Of a stretch of DNA of 40,123 nt, positions 1 to 8,197 are shown piece after piece; position 1 is the stretch's first letter; every line of letters begins with the position of its first letter. The translations under genes were made by a program, and so were the position numbers. The DNA lies in the IMG/VR virus record IMGVR_UViG_3300005529_000066, positions 1-40,123 of that record; one strand, 5' to 3'. Source of the stretch: a virus. A model generated the notes under the pieces. The model saw only the letters and a list, made by a program, of their open reading frames with translations. It was not told where the DNA came from and did not search any database.

Positions 1-110
1 ACGGCGACGGCTACGGCGACGGCTACGGCGACGGCTACGGCGACGGCTACGGCGACGGCTACGGCGACGGCTACGGCGACGGCTACGGCTACGGCTACGG
101 CGACGGCGAC
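1..110 (+). repeat. Coding tandem array of GGCGAC/GGCTAC hexamers (12-nt unit GGCGACGGCTAC x7, then variants); continuation of the array at 39839-40123
   Basis: Direct reading: nt 3-86 are 7 exact copies of GGCGACGGCTAC, followed by GGCTAC GGCTAC GGCGAC GGCGAC. The first 62 nt are identical to the last 62 nt of the window. Confidence 0.95.
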
Positions 111-473
111 GGCTCGCGACAATATTGGTGTTCGACCATTCCGTACTTTGTCGCGAAGTGGACCTCCGAGCAGATCGCTCGATACGAAGGCGCGAAGGCA
201 GCCGGCGCGACGATCGCCTTTTGGCGATCGGATGCGCGCGGCCAGCCAGCGAACTCAGGGCGTCCGATCGAAGCCGCCGCGCCGGGCGTCGTGCACACCG
301 CACCGGGTCCGCTCGTCCTCTGTCGGGCCGGCACGCTGCACGCAACGTTTCTCCCTCCGAAGTGGGAGGGCGAACGCTGGTGGATCGTCGCGATGCACGG
401 CGAGATCGTCGAAGACGGCGAGGATAACAAGGTCGGCGCCCTCAAACGCGAAATCCTGGGTGAGGCTCTTTAG
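1..473 (+). CDS. 3' part of Gly-Tyr/Asp/Ser repeat protein (gene wraps the window junction; 5' part at 39800-40123)
   Basis: Frame 3 is open from nt 3 to TAG 471-473. It reads (GDGY)7-GYGYGDGDGS-RQYWCSTIPYFVAKWTSEQIARYEG...PLVLCRAGTLHATFLPPKWEGERWWIVAMHGEIVEDGEDNKVGALKREILGEAL. Track ORF 291..473 is only its last Met-initiated piece. Third codon positions are GC-rich. Confidence 0.75.
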   Translation, partial: GDGYGDGYGDGYGDGYGDGYGDGYGDGYGYGYGDGDGSRQYWCSTIPYFVAKWTSEQIARYEGAKAAGATIAFWRSDARGQPANSGRPIEAAAPGVVHTAPGPLVLCRAGTLHATFLPPKWEGERWWIVAMHGEIVEDGEDNKVGALKREILGEAL

Positions 474-517
474 CCTCACTCACCCCTGACATCCCTGACA
501 TCCCAATAACAATCGCC

Positions 518-769
518 ATGTTCGAACATCTCTTCACCTGTGCGCTCTGCGAGCGGCCGGTCAACGACTATCCGAACCGGAACGGCCGTGATCGTCATTT
601 GGCGCCGCTCTGCAAGGGCTGCGAGGGCGAATACAGCAAAGGCGTCGGAGCACCGAAAGCTGGGAGCTTCATGGATAGGCGGCGCGTCGTACAGATCGCG
701 GCGCTGTCAAACGCTCTGCTCTCGATGGCTCACTACATCCGTTGGGAGCAACGCTATGGCAGCGCGTGA
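518..769 (+). CDS. Small Cys-rich (zinc-ribbon-like) protein, 83 aa
   Basis: ATG 518. Two CxxC pairs (CALC ... CKGC). Coding-like codon usage. First gene after the GY-repeat gene. Confidence 0.6.
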   Translation: MFEHLFTCALCERPVNDYPNRNGRDRHLAPLCKGCEGEYSKGVGAPKAGSFMDRRRVVQIAALSNALLSMAHYIRWEQRYGSA

Positions 770-998
770 TTACGAGGCTGCGCCGGCATCGGAGACGCTT
801 GGGCTCGTCGGGATAATTCAAGGGCTGGCGAACGATCTTGCCGAACTGCGTGAAGGCAAGATCAGCACCAATGATGCAATCGCGCGCTCGATGCTGGCGA
901 AGCAGATTTTCAACGGCGTGCGGCTTTACCTGAACGGAACGAAGCTGCTCACCGAAAACGCCAAACAAGTGCCAGCGCTAACGCAGGATCAACAGTAA
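756..998 (+). CDS. Hypothetical protein, 80 aa
   Basis: ATG 756 is preceded by GGGAG. The upstream part of track ORF 540..998 overlaps 518..769 out of frame, so the internal ATG was chosen. The stop overlaps the next start (TAATG). Confidence 0.55.
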   Translation: MAARDYEAAPASETLGLVGIIQGLANDLAELREGKISTNDAIARSMLAKQIFNGVRLYLNGTKLLTENAKQVPALTQDQQ

Positions 999-1252
999 TG
1001 CCCGACAAGAGCCTAGAAGTGTTCCGCCGCGAGGCATGGGTTGCCTACCGAGCCAACCATTTCAGCGACCAGCAACTTGCGCTGATCATCAGCGACCTCC
1101 AGCGCGGATTAGAGATCGCGCGAAATGCTGATCTTGGTCGTATCCTTGTTGGATGGTTTGCGATCGAGCTTTCGTCCGCCGAAAGCATTCGAGACGCGCG
1201 GGCTCGTGACCGACGAGAATCCTCCCTGACGACAGCAGAGCAAAAGCCGTGA
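998..1252 (+). CDS. Hypothetical protein, 84 aa
   Basis: ATG 998 overlaps the upstream TAA. Coding-like codon usage. Confidence 0.6.
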   Translation: MPDKSLEVFRREAWVAYRANHFSDQQLALIISDLQRGLEIARNADLGRILVGWFAIELSSAESIRDARARDRRESSLTTAEQKP

Positions 1253-1423
1253 TCAGCGCACGTCCTCAACCGGCACATCGAGCCGCAGCACGAGCCGGAT
1301 CAGCTTGGCGATCGGCTCCGGCGGTCCTTTGGCTGCGTAGTTCTGCGCGGTCCGGCGTGAGACGCCAAGCCACTGACCCGCACCAACCTGTGTTAGGCCG
1401 AGCTTGTCGATGGCGTCGCAATA
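1253..1423 (-). pseudogene. Start-less helix-turn-helix (XRE/Cro-like) gene remnant
   Basis: The minus frame reads YCDAIDKLGLTQVGAGQWLGVSRRTAQNYAAKGPPEPIAKLIRLVLRLDVPVEDVR*. An in-frame TAG lies at 1424-1426, and there is no ATG/GTG/TTG until late in the frame. Track ORF 1249..1440 (+) is its antisense shadow. The remnant abuts the 5' end of the C5-MTase gene. Confidence 0.4.
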
Positions 1424-1462
1424 CTATCGCAACCTGTTAACCGCCACTGAGCAGGAACCGAA

Positions 1463-2893
1463 GTGATTACCTACCTCTCCGTTTGCAGCGGCATCGAGGC
1501 GGCCACAGCGGCATGGCATCCGCTCGGCTGGTCGCCGTTTGCGTTCGCGGAGATCGAGGCGTTTCCGTCTGCCGTGCTGTCGCACCACTACGGTAGCAAT
1601 CTCATCGGCGAGCCTCTTTCACACAACGCGCCGCCTAACCTCGGCGACATGAACGGTTTCAAGGACTGGCCTGATGCAGCTATCGATGTTCTCGTCGGAG
1701 GAACGCCCTGCCAGTCCTTCTCGGTCGCAGGACTTCGCAAAGGCTTGGCTGACCCGAGAGGCAACCTCGCCGTCGTCTATCTTGCAATCGCTGACCGCTA
1801 TCGCCCCGAGTGGATCATTTGGGAGAACGTCCCCGGCGTCTTGTCGTCGGAGGGAGGACGGGATTTTGGAGCCATTGTCGGAGGGATGGTCGAACTCGGG
1901 TATTGCCCGGCTTGGCGAGTGCTTGACGCTCAATACGTGCGAGTGGACGGATTTGGACGGGCTGTCCCTCAGCGACGACGGCGTGTGTTCGTTGTCGGAC
2001 ATCTTGGAGACTGGCGCCGTGCCGCAGCGGTACTTTTTGAGCGCGAAAGCCTGCAAGGGCATTCTGCGCCGCGCCGCCAAGCGGGGGAAGGAATTGCCCC
2101 GACAATTAGCGCGCGCCCTACAGGCGGTGGCGGACTCGGAACCGACTTCGACTGCGACGGCGGGCTGATCGCCGGAACGCTTGGGCGGCGTTCGGCAGAT
2201 CATCCGAGCGGCCTGAAGTCGGAATCGGAGTTTGTCGTTGCCGTTCCTGACATCTCGCACTGCCTCAATGCTGGCGGCATGGGCAGGCAAGATTACGAGA
2301 CCGATACCGTGATCGCGCACGCGCTGCGAGCTGACGGCTTCGACGCGAGCGAGGACGGGACGGGACGCGGCACGCCGATCGTTCCTGTAGACATCACCAA
2401 TGGCATTCTCGGCGACGGTGTTGCGGGCACTCTTGAGCACGCGCAGCACAAGAGCAATCGCGGGCTTGGAGTTCTCGCCTTCGACACGACGCAGATCACC
2501 AGCAAGACGAACCGCTGCCAGCCACAGCCGGGCGGCCCGTGCCATCCGCTCGCGGCGGGGGCACATGCGCCCGCCATCGCGCAGCCCGTCGCCGACACGA
2601 TCACTGCACATTGGGAGCGCAGCAAGGGCGCCAAGGCTGGAAACCAAGTTGGCCTACTCAATCCGATCATTACGCCCGGCTGGGCCGTGCGCCGCCTCAC
2701 CCCACTCGAATGCGAGCGCCTGCAAGGCTTCCCCGATGGCTACACCGCTGTTCCGTTTCGCGGCAAGCCTGCTGCCGATGGCCCTCGCTATAAGGCGCTC
2801 GGCAACAGCATGGCGGTCAACTGCATGCGCTGGCTAGGATGGCGGATTGAGCTCGTTTCATCGCTAACCACTACTCAAGGGAAAGAACCATGA
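1463..2893 (+). CDS. DNA (cytosine-5)-methyltransferase, 476 aa
   Basis: GTG 1463 follows GAGCAGGA. Diagnostic C5-MTase motifs are present: I (VCSGIEA), IV (GGTPCQSFSVAG), VI (ENVPGV), VIII (QRRRRVFVVG), IX (RRLTPLECERLQGFP) and X (YKALGNSMAVN). Confidence 0.95.
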   Translation: MITYLSVCSGIEAATAAWHPLGWSPFAFAEIEAFPSAVLSHHYGSNLIGEPLSHNAPPNLGDMNGFKDWPDAAIDVLVGGTPCQSFSVAGLRKGLADPRGNLAVVYLAIADRYRPEWIIWENVPGVLSSEGGRDFGAIVGGMVELGYCPAWRVLDAQYVRVDGFGRAVPQRRRRVFVVGHLGDWRRAAAVLFERESLQGHSAPRRQAGEGIAPTISARPTGGGGLGTDFDCDGGLIAGTLGRRSADHPSGLKSESEFVVAVPDISHCLNAGGMGRQDYETDTVIAHALRADGFDASEDGTGRGTPIVPVDITNGILGDGVAGTLEHAQHKSNRGLGVLAFDTTQITSKTNRCQPQPGGPCHPLAAGAHAPAIAQPVADTITAHWERSKGAKAGNQVGLLNPIITPGWAVRRLTPLECERLQGFPDGYTAVPFRGKPAADGPRYKALGNSMAVNCMRWLGWRIELVSSLTTTQGKEP

Positions 2894-3108
2894 GCGTCTT
2901 CGTCGATTACCGGCACCTTCCTGAAAAGACGCGCAATGCACTGGTCGATCTCGAAATCTTCATCGGGGAGATGGACGGCAAGACCATCGGCACTCCGACT
3001 GATTCTAATACCTTTATCGACGAAGGCACGGTAGATGCCGACGACGCTGTGAAGGCGTTCAACGTGATTGTCGCCGCCCTGACCAGTGGTCAACAAAACC
3101 ATGAATGA
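2890..3108 (+). CDS. Hypothetical acidic protein, 72 aa
   Basis: ATGA overlap with the MTase stop. Coding-like codon usage. Confidence 0.55.
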   Translation: MSVFVDYRHLPEKTRNALVDLEIFIGEMDGKTIGTPTDSNTFIDEGTVDADDAVKAFNVIVAALTSGQQNHE

Positions 3109-3316
3109 CCTTGTTGTAACCGAAGGTATCTCGGGAACATGGTTCTATCACCTGTCCCACAACGCGCCGAAGCCGCAACAGCAGAGCGCCCTTTGCGGTG
3201 CGCGCGTGATGCACACGAACATGCCGCGCGACGCTTGGGGCACCGTGACCCATATCGGCGAACGCTGGTGCAAAAAATGCGAAGCGCTAGCACAATCGGG
3301 AGAGCCCCGTGAGTGA
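3101..3316 (+). CDS. Hypothetical protein, 71 aa (alternative GTG start 3086)
   Basis: ATG 3101 overlaps the upstream stop (ATGAATGA). CKKC pair near the C-terminus. Confidence 0.5.
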   Translation: MNDLVVTEGISGTWFYHLSHNAPKPQQQSALCGARVMHTNMPRDAWGTVTHIGERWCKKCEALAQSGEPRE

Positions 3317-3623
3317 CGCAGAAATGACTGATCCGAAAACCTGTAGTCCCCAGGCATGGAGCATCGCCAGCTTGTACAGCTCTGTACTCGGCGACTCTCA
3401 AGCGCGCGGCCTGGCTGAGTACATTGATGCCGCGCTCTCCGGCCTGCGCGCCGAGAATGAGCGGCTGACGGCAGCGCTCAAGAGTGCGAGCGCGCAGTGC
3501 GGAAACGTCATCTTCAATTGCGAGCAGCGGCCCGCGGACAATGCCCGGCACCTCTCATCGTGGCGCGGCGTCAAGGAATTCTGCGACGCGACCCTAAGCA
3601 TTCATGAGCGGGAATCGAAGTGA
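3309..3623 (+). CDS. Hypothetical protein, 104 aa
   Basis: GTG 3309 overlaps the end of the upstream gene. The central region looks coiled-coil. The stop overlaps the next GTG start. Confidence 0.5.
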   Translation: MSDAEMTDPKTCSPQAWSIASLYSSVLGDSQARGLAEYIDAALSGLRAENERLTAALKSASAQCGNVIFNCEQRPADNARHLSSWRGVKEFCDATLSIHERESK

Positions 3624-4171
3624 AGCTGAGCCGCACATGGGCGATGCCGTCGCCAGAGACGTTCTCGATCAAGCCGATCCGAGAGCTGATCGAGCGTTAT
3701 CTATCGGACGGCGTGTGGATTGATCCGTTCTGTCGAAACAGCGTCTTCAAGGGCGCCTGCGCCTACACTAACGACCTCAATCCGAAATTCGCCGGCACGC
3801 ACAACATGGACGCGCTCGATTTCCTCAAGTCCCTGCCGGCGGACAGCGTCGATGGCATCCTGTTCGATCCGCCGTTCTCCCCCAGACAGGTGGTGGAAGC
3901 CTATCAGGGCTTCGGGCCAGCCGACACGACGCGCCGCTTCTATAGCTCTCGCAAGCGCGAGGCTGCGCGGGTCCTGAAGATGGGTGGAATTGCGATTGTG
4001 TGCGGCTGGAATTCCCTGGGGCTCGGCGCAAAGAACGGAATGGAGCTCGAAGAGGTCTTGATGGTGAACCACGGCGACCAGAACGACACGATCGTCACGG
4101 TCGGTCGCAAGGTCGCGCCCAAGCTTGACTTCGCCGCGCCGGCTCAGCTCCCCGAATTGTTAACACCCTGA
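3620..4171 (+). CDS. Orphan amino (N6-adenine or N4-cytosine) DNA methyltransferase, 183 aa
   Basis: GTGA overlap with the upstream gene. An AdoMet-site-like IDPFCRNS is followed by a catalytic DPPF (ILFDPPFSPRQ, the motif IV family DPPY/F/W). The N-terminus TWAMPSPETFSIKPI is typical of small phage methylases. Target specificity is unknown. Confidence 0.7.
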   Translation: MKLSRTWAMPSPETFSIKPIRELIERYLSDGVWIDPFCRNSVFKGACAYTNDLNPKFAGTHNMDALDFLKSLPADSVDGILFDPPFSPRQVVEAYQGFGPADTTRRFYSSRKREAARVLKMGGIAIVCGWNSLGLGAKNGMELEEVLMVNHGDQNDTIVTVGRKVAPKLDFAAPAQLPELLTP

Positions 4172-4181
4172 GAGCAGGAAC

Positions 4182-4391
4182 ATGAGCGACTGGCGACCGA
4201 TCGAGACCGCGCCGAAGGACGGAAGCGACACCCTGCTCTACTGGCCCTTGGCCGGGGCGTCCGCAGATCGTCCCCGCATTAGGATCGGCTACTGGCGCGA
4301 TCCGCACGGCTGGGTTTGGCAGGATCGCGCGGTCCGAAGCTATTCGAGTTTCCCGACGCACTGGATGCCCCTCCCGGAGCCACCGCAATGA
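4182..4391 (+). CDS. DUF551-like phage protein, 69 aa
   Basis: MSDWRPIETAPKDG ... THWMPLPEPP pattern. RBS GAGCAGGA. The N-terminus is paralogous to the gene at 7440. Confidence 0.65.
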   Translation: MSDWRPIETAPKDGSDTLLYWPLAGASADRPRIRIGYWRDPHGWVWQDRAVRSYSSFPTHWMPLPEPPQ

Positions 4392-4672
4392 CCCCCGCCG
4401 CGCTCGAGCGCGAGAAGCCGCTCGCCAAGGACAAGCTATACGTCACCGACGCCGAGCTGATCCGGCTCATCGGAGCCCCGCGCGAGAAGACCCGAAAGAT
4501 GATCAACGCCTTGGACGCTATGCCGAATAGCGGCTTCCCGAAGAAAAACAAAATGTGGGGGGACAGAAGGCATTGGCCCTCTGTCAAAGCCTACTTTGAG
4601 CGCATGGAACAGCGTAGAATGGCGTCCTCATCCAATCAGCGGGGATCCCATGGCAGGCATGCCGAAGTTTGA
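4388..4672 (+). CDS. Putative excisionase / recombination directionality factor, 94 aa
   Basis: ATGA overlap with the upstream gene. It lies immediately 5' of int and overlaps its start. DKLYVTDAELIRLIG... looks like a DNA-binding helix. The call rests on position only. Confidence 0.4.
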   Translation: MTPAALEREKPLAKDKLYVTDAELIRLIGAPREKTRKMINALDAMPNSGFPKKNKMWGDRRHWPSVKAYFERMEQRRMASSSNQRGSHGRHAEV

Positions 4673-5876
4673 GAATGCGCCGGGGCTGAAGGTGCGCGCG
4701 AGCCGCACCGGAACGTTCGTCGCCTATTGGCTGGCGCGCGCGGACTGTGTCAAGCAGGGCTACAAGATGAAGTATTTCCCGCTCTGGAAGGGTGTTGATC
4801 CGACTCCAGAGGAGCGGCTGACCGTCTCCGAGGCGTGCGAGTCCCTACAGTACGAAATGCTCGCCTGGGCCGCTGGCGGCATCGACGGCGCATCGCACTT
4901 CAATGGAAGCGTGAGCAGCCTGATCTTCTGCTACACGCACGACAAGGACTCGCCGTTCAAGAAGCTGCGCTTCAAGTCGCGCAAGAACTACGCCGAATTC
5001 ATGAAGCGGATCGAGGCCGATCACGGCGACGAGTTCATCGCAAACCTCAAGGCGCGGGACATGCTGCGCTGGCACGCGGCATGGAAAGAGCGCGGCGTGA
5101 CGATGGCGCACTCACTGATGCGCATGTTTCGCGGGCTGCTGAGCTTCGGCATGACGATCCTCGATGACGAGCACTGCACGCACCTCTCAACGGTTCTCGG
5201 CAAGATGCGGTTCGAGATGGGCAAGCCGCGCACCGAGCGGCTGACCGCCGAGATGGCGAACGCCGTCCGAGCGCTCGCACACCAGAAGGGCTTGCACTCG
5301 ATCGCGCTCGCTCAGGCGTTCCAGTTTGAGGGGATGCTACGGCAGAAAGACGTGATTGGGAGCTGGGAGCCACTGACCGAGCCTGGCCCGTCTTTCGCGA
5401 CCTACCGAGACATGAAGTGGCATCGCGGCCTGCTGTGGTCCGAGATCGATGACAACCTGATCCTTCGCCACGTCACCAGCAAGCGGCAGAAGCCGATTGA
5501 GATCGACCTGAAGCTTGCGCCTATGGTGATCGAGGAATTCGACCGCATCCGCTCCGAGCTCGGCGCGCTCCCGAAGTTCGGACCAGTCGTGGTCTACGAG
5601 AGCACCGGCCGCCCCTACTCCGAGGAATACTTCCGCCAGTTCTGGCGCGAGATCGCGGACGAGTGCGGCATCCCCAAGACCGTGCGCAATCAGGACAGCC
5701 GAGCCGGCGCAATCAGCGAGGCGACCGATGCCGGCGTTCCGCTCGAGCACATCCGCCACGCGGCGACACACTCCGACATCGCGACCACGCAACGCTACTC
5801 GCGCGGCTCAGCGGAGAAGACCGCGACCGTGCTGACGATGCGCGCGGCGCACCGGAACAAAGGGGGAAACCAGTGA
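4650..5876 (+). CDS. int: Tyrosine recombinase / phage integrase
   Basis: C-terminal catalytic region RNQDSRAGAISEATDAGVPLEHIRHAATHSDIATTQRYSR (R...HxxR...Y signature). The start is ambiguous: TTG 4596, ATG 4650 or ATG 4659. Confidence 0.9.
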   Translation: MAGMPKFENAPGLKVRASRTGTFVAYWLARADCVKQGYKMKYFPLWKGVDPTPEERLTVSEACESLQYEMLAWAAGGIDGASHFNGSVSSLIFCYTHDKDSPFKKLRFKSRKNYAEFMKRIEADHGDEFIANLKARDMLRWHAAWKERGVTMAHSLMRMFRGLLSFGMTILDDEHCTHLSTVLGKMRFEMGKPRTERLTAEMANAVRALAHQKGLHSIALAQAFQFEGMLRQKDVIGSWEPLTEPGPSFATYRDMKWHRGLLWSEIDDNLILRHVTSKRQKPIEIDLKLAPMVIEEFDRIRSELGALPKFGPVVVYESTGRPYSEEYFRQFWREIADECGIPKTVRNQDSRAGAISEATDAGVPLEHIRHAATHSDIATTQRYSRGSAEKTATVLTMRAAHRNKGGNQ

Positions 5877-6071
5877 CGAGCCAAAACCGCGAACATGCGA
5901 TGGGTAGCAAATGGAGCAAGGCCGCTGACTATATGCTGGTATTCCAGTTTCTCTTGCTGATGACCAGTAAATTTTTTGTTGAAAGATTTCTAAGGGCTTG
6001 CTCCCCGTCGCGCTACCGATCCGCACCATCGCGTACCGACGTGACCGCCTCGTGCGGCGTGGAGGGGTGAG
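5877..6071. other. Candidate attP region
   Basis: A 195-bp gap lies directly 3' of int. It has a locally AT-rich core (about 5921-5995) in an otherwise >60% GC genome, and no coding-like ORF. This is the canonical attP position. The core sequence is not identifiable without the host attB. Confidence 0.35.
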
Positions 6072-6332
6072 ATGAAAGACCCAGCAATCCTGTTCTGCAA
6101 GCCGCAGGCGATCGACGATGCGAGCAAGGCGGCGCTGACCAAGGCCGGCGTGATCGTGGTTGAGGTCGCCGAGCCCCATGACGTGAAGCTCGTCCGACCG
6201 ATGGCCGATCTTCCAGGCTCAACGCTTCTGCGGATCGCAGCCGAGACGATCATGAAAAACGGGACTGACAGCACGCGCGAGCGGTTCGGTTGGCGCGTGT
6301 GCGAAGCCCTGACCACCGAGAAAGACGCCTGA
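6072..6332 (+). CDS. Hypothetical protein, 86 aa
   Basis: RBS GGAGGGG upstream of ATG 6072. Coding-like codon usage. Confidence 0.6.
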   Translation: MKDPAILFCKPQAIDDASKAALTKAGVIVVEVAEPHDVKLVRPMADLPGSTLLRIAAETIMKNGTDSTRERFGWRVCEALTTEKDA

Positions 6333-6348
6333 CAACAGGTTAGCAGGA

Positions 6349-6762
6349 ATGACATTCGCATCCAAAACCAAGGTCCCGGCCGAGCAGACGAAGACCGAGA
6401 TTGAGCGCACACTCAAGCGCTACGGCGCCGCACGCTTTGCCTACTTCACTGAACCCGACCGCGCGATCATTGTGTTCGAGGCGCATGAGCGGCGGCTGCG
6501 GTTCGATCTTCCGTTGCCGGCCGGCGAGACCGATCGGGAGATGCAGGTTGTCCGTGCGAAGTGGCGCGCGCTGCTGCTGTGCATCAAAGCCAAACTTGAG
6601 GCCGTTGAGAGCAAGATCGAGACGTTCGAGGAGGCATTCCTCGCTCATGTCGTCATGCCGGACGGCCGCACCGTTGCCGAACATGCGCAGCCGCGCATTG
6701 CATCCGCCTACGAGAGCGGCGAGGTGCAAGCTCTCTTGCCGCCGCCGAAGGGAAAATCATGA
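6349..6762 (+). CDS. Hypothetical prophage protein, 137 aa
   Basis: RBS AGCAGGA. Compact globular-looking sequence (…KWRALLLCIKAKLEAVESKIETFEEAFLAHVVMPDG…). Function unknown. Confidence 0.65.
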   Translation: MTFASKTKVPAEQTKTEIERTLKRYGAARFAYFTEPDRAIIVFEAHERRLRFDLPLPAGETDREMQVVRAKWRALLLCIKAKLEAVESKIETFEEAFLAHVVMPDGRTVAEHAQPRIASAYESGEVQALLPPPKGKS

Positions 6763-6968
6763 AGACGATCACAACCACCGGATTTGCTGGCGTGAACATT
6801 TGGACAGTGCCGCCGCACATCATGGCTTGGTCAACTCGCGGAACGGCTGGACAGGCTCGGAAGGCAGTCGCTGAAAACTGGCCCGACGGTGCGACCGAAG
6901 CCGAACGATGGAAAGCAGCATACCGCGCCGGGGTTCGCATTCGCAAAGTTCAGATCGCGACCCGCTAA
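6759..6968 (+). CDS. Hypothetical protein, 69 aa
   Basis: ATGA overlap with the upstream gene. Confidence 0.55.
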   Translation: MKTITTTGFAGVNIWTVPPHIMAWSTRGTAGQARKAVAENWPDGATEAERWKAAYRAGVRIRKVQIATR

Positions 6969-6983
6969 CCGGAGAGGTGAACC

Positions 6984-7412
6984 ATGAAAGCGATTTCGCT
7001 GTGGCAACCGTGGGCCTCACTCTGGCTCACCGACGCCAAGATCCATGAGACGCGGCACTGGCCGACCTCGCATCGCGGCTGGCTTCTCGTGCATGCCGCG
7101 AAGCGCCAGATCGACGATTACGACGGCGATCGGATTGACGAAATTTGCGAAGGCATCTGGGGCAACCATTGGGGCCAAGACCTGCCGCGTGGCGCACTGA
7201 TCGGCACGGTCAATCTCGTTGACTGCGTGCGCGTCGAGACCATGCCGGCCGGGCACCACGAAACGGACGACTACGAATGCGGCAACTTCGCAGACGGTCG
7301 CTATGCATGGCGGCGGGATGCATTCCGGTTATTCCAGCAGCCGATCCCATACCGCGGGCAGCAGGGCTTCTTCGAAGTTCCGGACGACATCCTGCCGAAG
7401 CTCGCAGCCTGA
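6984..7412 (+). CDS. ASCH (PUA-like) domain protein, 142 aa
   Basis: N-terminus MKAISLWQPWASLWLTDAKIHETRHWPTSHRGWLLVHAAK matches the ASCH pattern (S/L-xQPWAxLI..G.K..E.R.W.T..RG.LLIHA). RBS GGAGAGG. Confidence 0.8.
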   Translation: MKAISLWQPWASLWLTDAKIHETRHWPTSHRGWLLVHAAKRQIDDYDGDRIDEICEGIWGNHWGQDLPRGALIGTVNLVDCVRVETMPAGHHETDDYECGNFADGRYAWRRDAFRLFQQPIPYRGQQGFFEVPDDILPKLAA

Positions 7413-7439
7413 TTACTGTTACCGGGGAAGGAACCATAA

Positions 7440-7751
7440 ATGAGCGATTGGAAACCGATCGAGACCGCGCCCGAAAATCCGACTGTGCGCTATCTCGTGG
7501 TGGACTGCCTCGGGAACGTGACCCTCACTCAGCACCCGCGCGCTACGCTGATGCACGCGGGATGGGCAGAAGCGTGGGCGCCGGTCCCTGAGTGGATCAA
7601 ACCACAGCCGCCGATCGAACCCTATAGCCCACAGAAAGGCGGACGCGAGATCGCGGCGATGCACGCTCGGGAGTTCAAGCGTCTGGTGAAGGGCCACGGC
7701 ATCGCGCACGAGACGATCGAAGGCGTCAAGGTCGTGCGGTCGCAACGTTAA
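7440..7751 (+). CDS. DUF551-like phage protein, 103 aa (paralogue of 4182..4391)
   Basis: MSDWKPIETAPENP..., compared with MSDWRPIETAPKDG at 4182. RBS GGGGAAGGA. Confidence 0.6.
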   Translation: MSDWKPIETAPENPTVRYLVVDCLGNVTLTQHPRATLMHAGWAEAWAPVPEWIKPQPPIEPYSPQKGGREIAAMHAREFKRLVKGHGIAHETIEGVKVVRSQR

Positions 7752-7770
7752 TCAATCAGGAGCGATAAAG

Positions 7771-7968
7771 ATGGATGTTGTTCTTCCCGATCGAGAAACT
7801 GCGGTCAAACGTGGATGGACACATCAGGTCCAATGGATCGATGACGGCAAGCCGTGCTTCGTCCGATGCAGGTCAGGACGCGAAGCTGACGCGCGGGCCG
7901 ACAGGCTGAAAGCGATCGGCGCAAAGCCCGTCGTCTTCGATCTGCGCGACGCGCTGCAACTTCACTAG
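7771..7968 (+). CDS. Hypothetical protein, 65 aa
   Basis: RBS CAGGAG upstream of ATG 7771. Confidence 0.5.
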   Translation: MDVVLPDRETAVKRGWTHQVQWIDDGKPCFVRCRSGREADARADRLKAIGAKPVVFDLRDALQLH

Positions 7969-7991
7969 TTACTGCTCTCGAGGAGGTAGCC

Positions 7992-8189
7992 ATGAAAGAC
8001 GAACGCTATCCGCCGCCGTCGAAGCTGGACCCGGCCCTCAGGCTCCAGCGCATTGAGGAGAAGCTATGCGAGTGCAGTGCGGTTGGAAGCGGCGAAGGAC
8101 ATTCGTCCGATTGTCCAGCCAAGAAGTTCGACCGCATTCCGCGCAACATGACGGCCGCCGCGGCGCTGGCGCAGCTCGGCTATCGCTAA
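7992..8189 (+). CDS. Hypothetical protein, 65 aa
   Basis: RBS GAGGAGG upstream of ATG 7992. Its stop lies inside the left 16-bp direct repeat. Confidence 0.5.
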   Translation: MKDERYPPPSKLDPALRLQRIEEKLCECSAVGSGEGHSSDCPAKKFDRIPRNMTAAAALAQLGYR

Positions 8190-8197
8190 CTGCAAAT
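8182..8197 (+). repeat. Left copy of 16-bp direct repeat ATCGCTAACTGCAAAT
   Basis: 15/16 identical to 8572-8587. Contains the TAA stop of gene 7992..8189. Confidence 0.9.

Noticed and set aside
484-504. Tandem CCCTGACAT x2 (+CCC) between the repeat-protein stop and the next gene.
   Set aside because: It is too short (about two units) to distinguish from chance, and it has no matching copy elsewhere in the window.
5956-5984. CTGATGA … GAAA in the attP region, resembling hammerhead ribozyme core boxes.
   Set aside because: The intervening sequence (CCAGTAAATTTTTTGTT) cannot form stem II, and no flanking stems I/III are evident.
6016-6028. CCGATCCGCACCA looks like a tRNA 3' end (…CCA) that could mark an attP core.
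   Set aside because: No T-loop (GTTCRANYC) or complementary acceptor or T stems lie upstream, so it is not a credible tRNA fragment.
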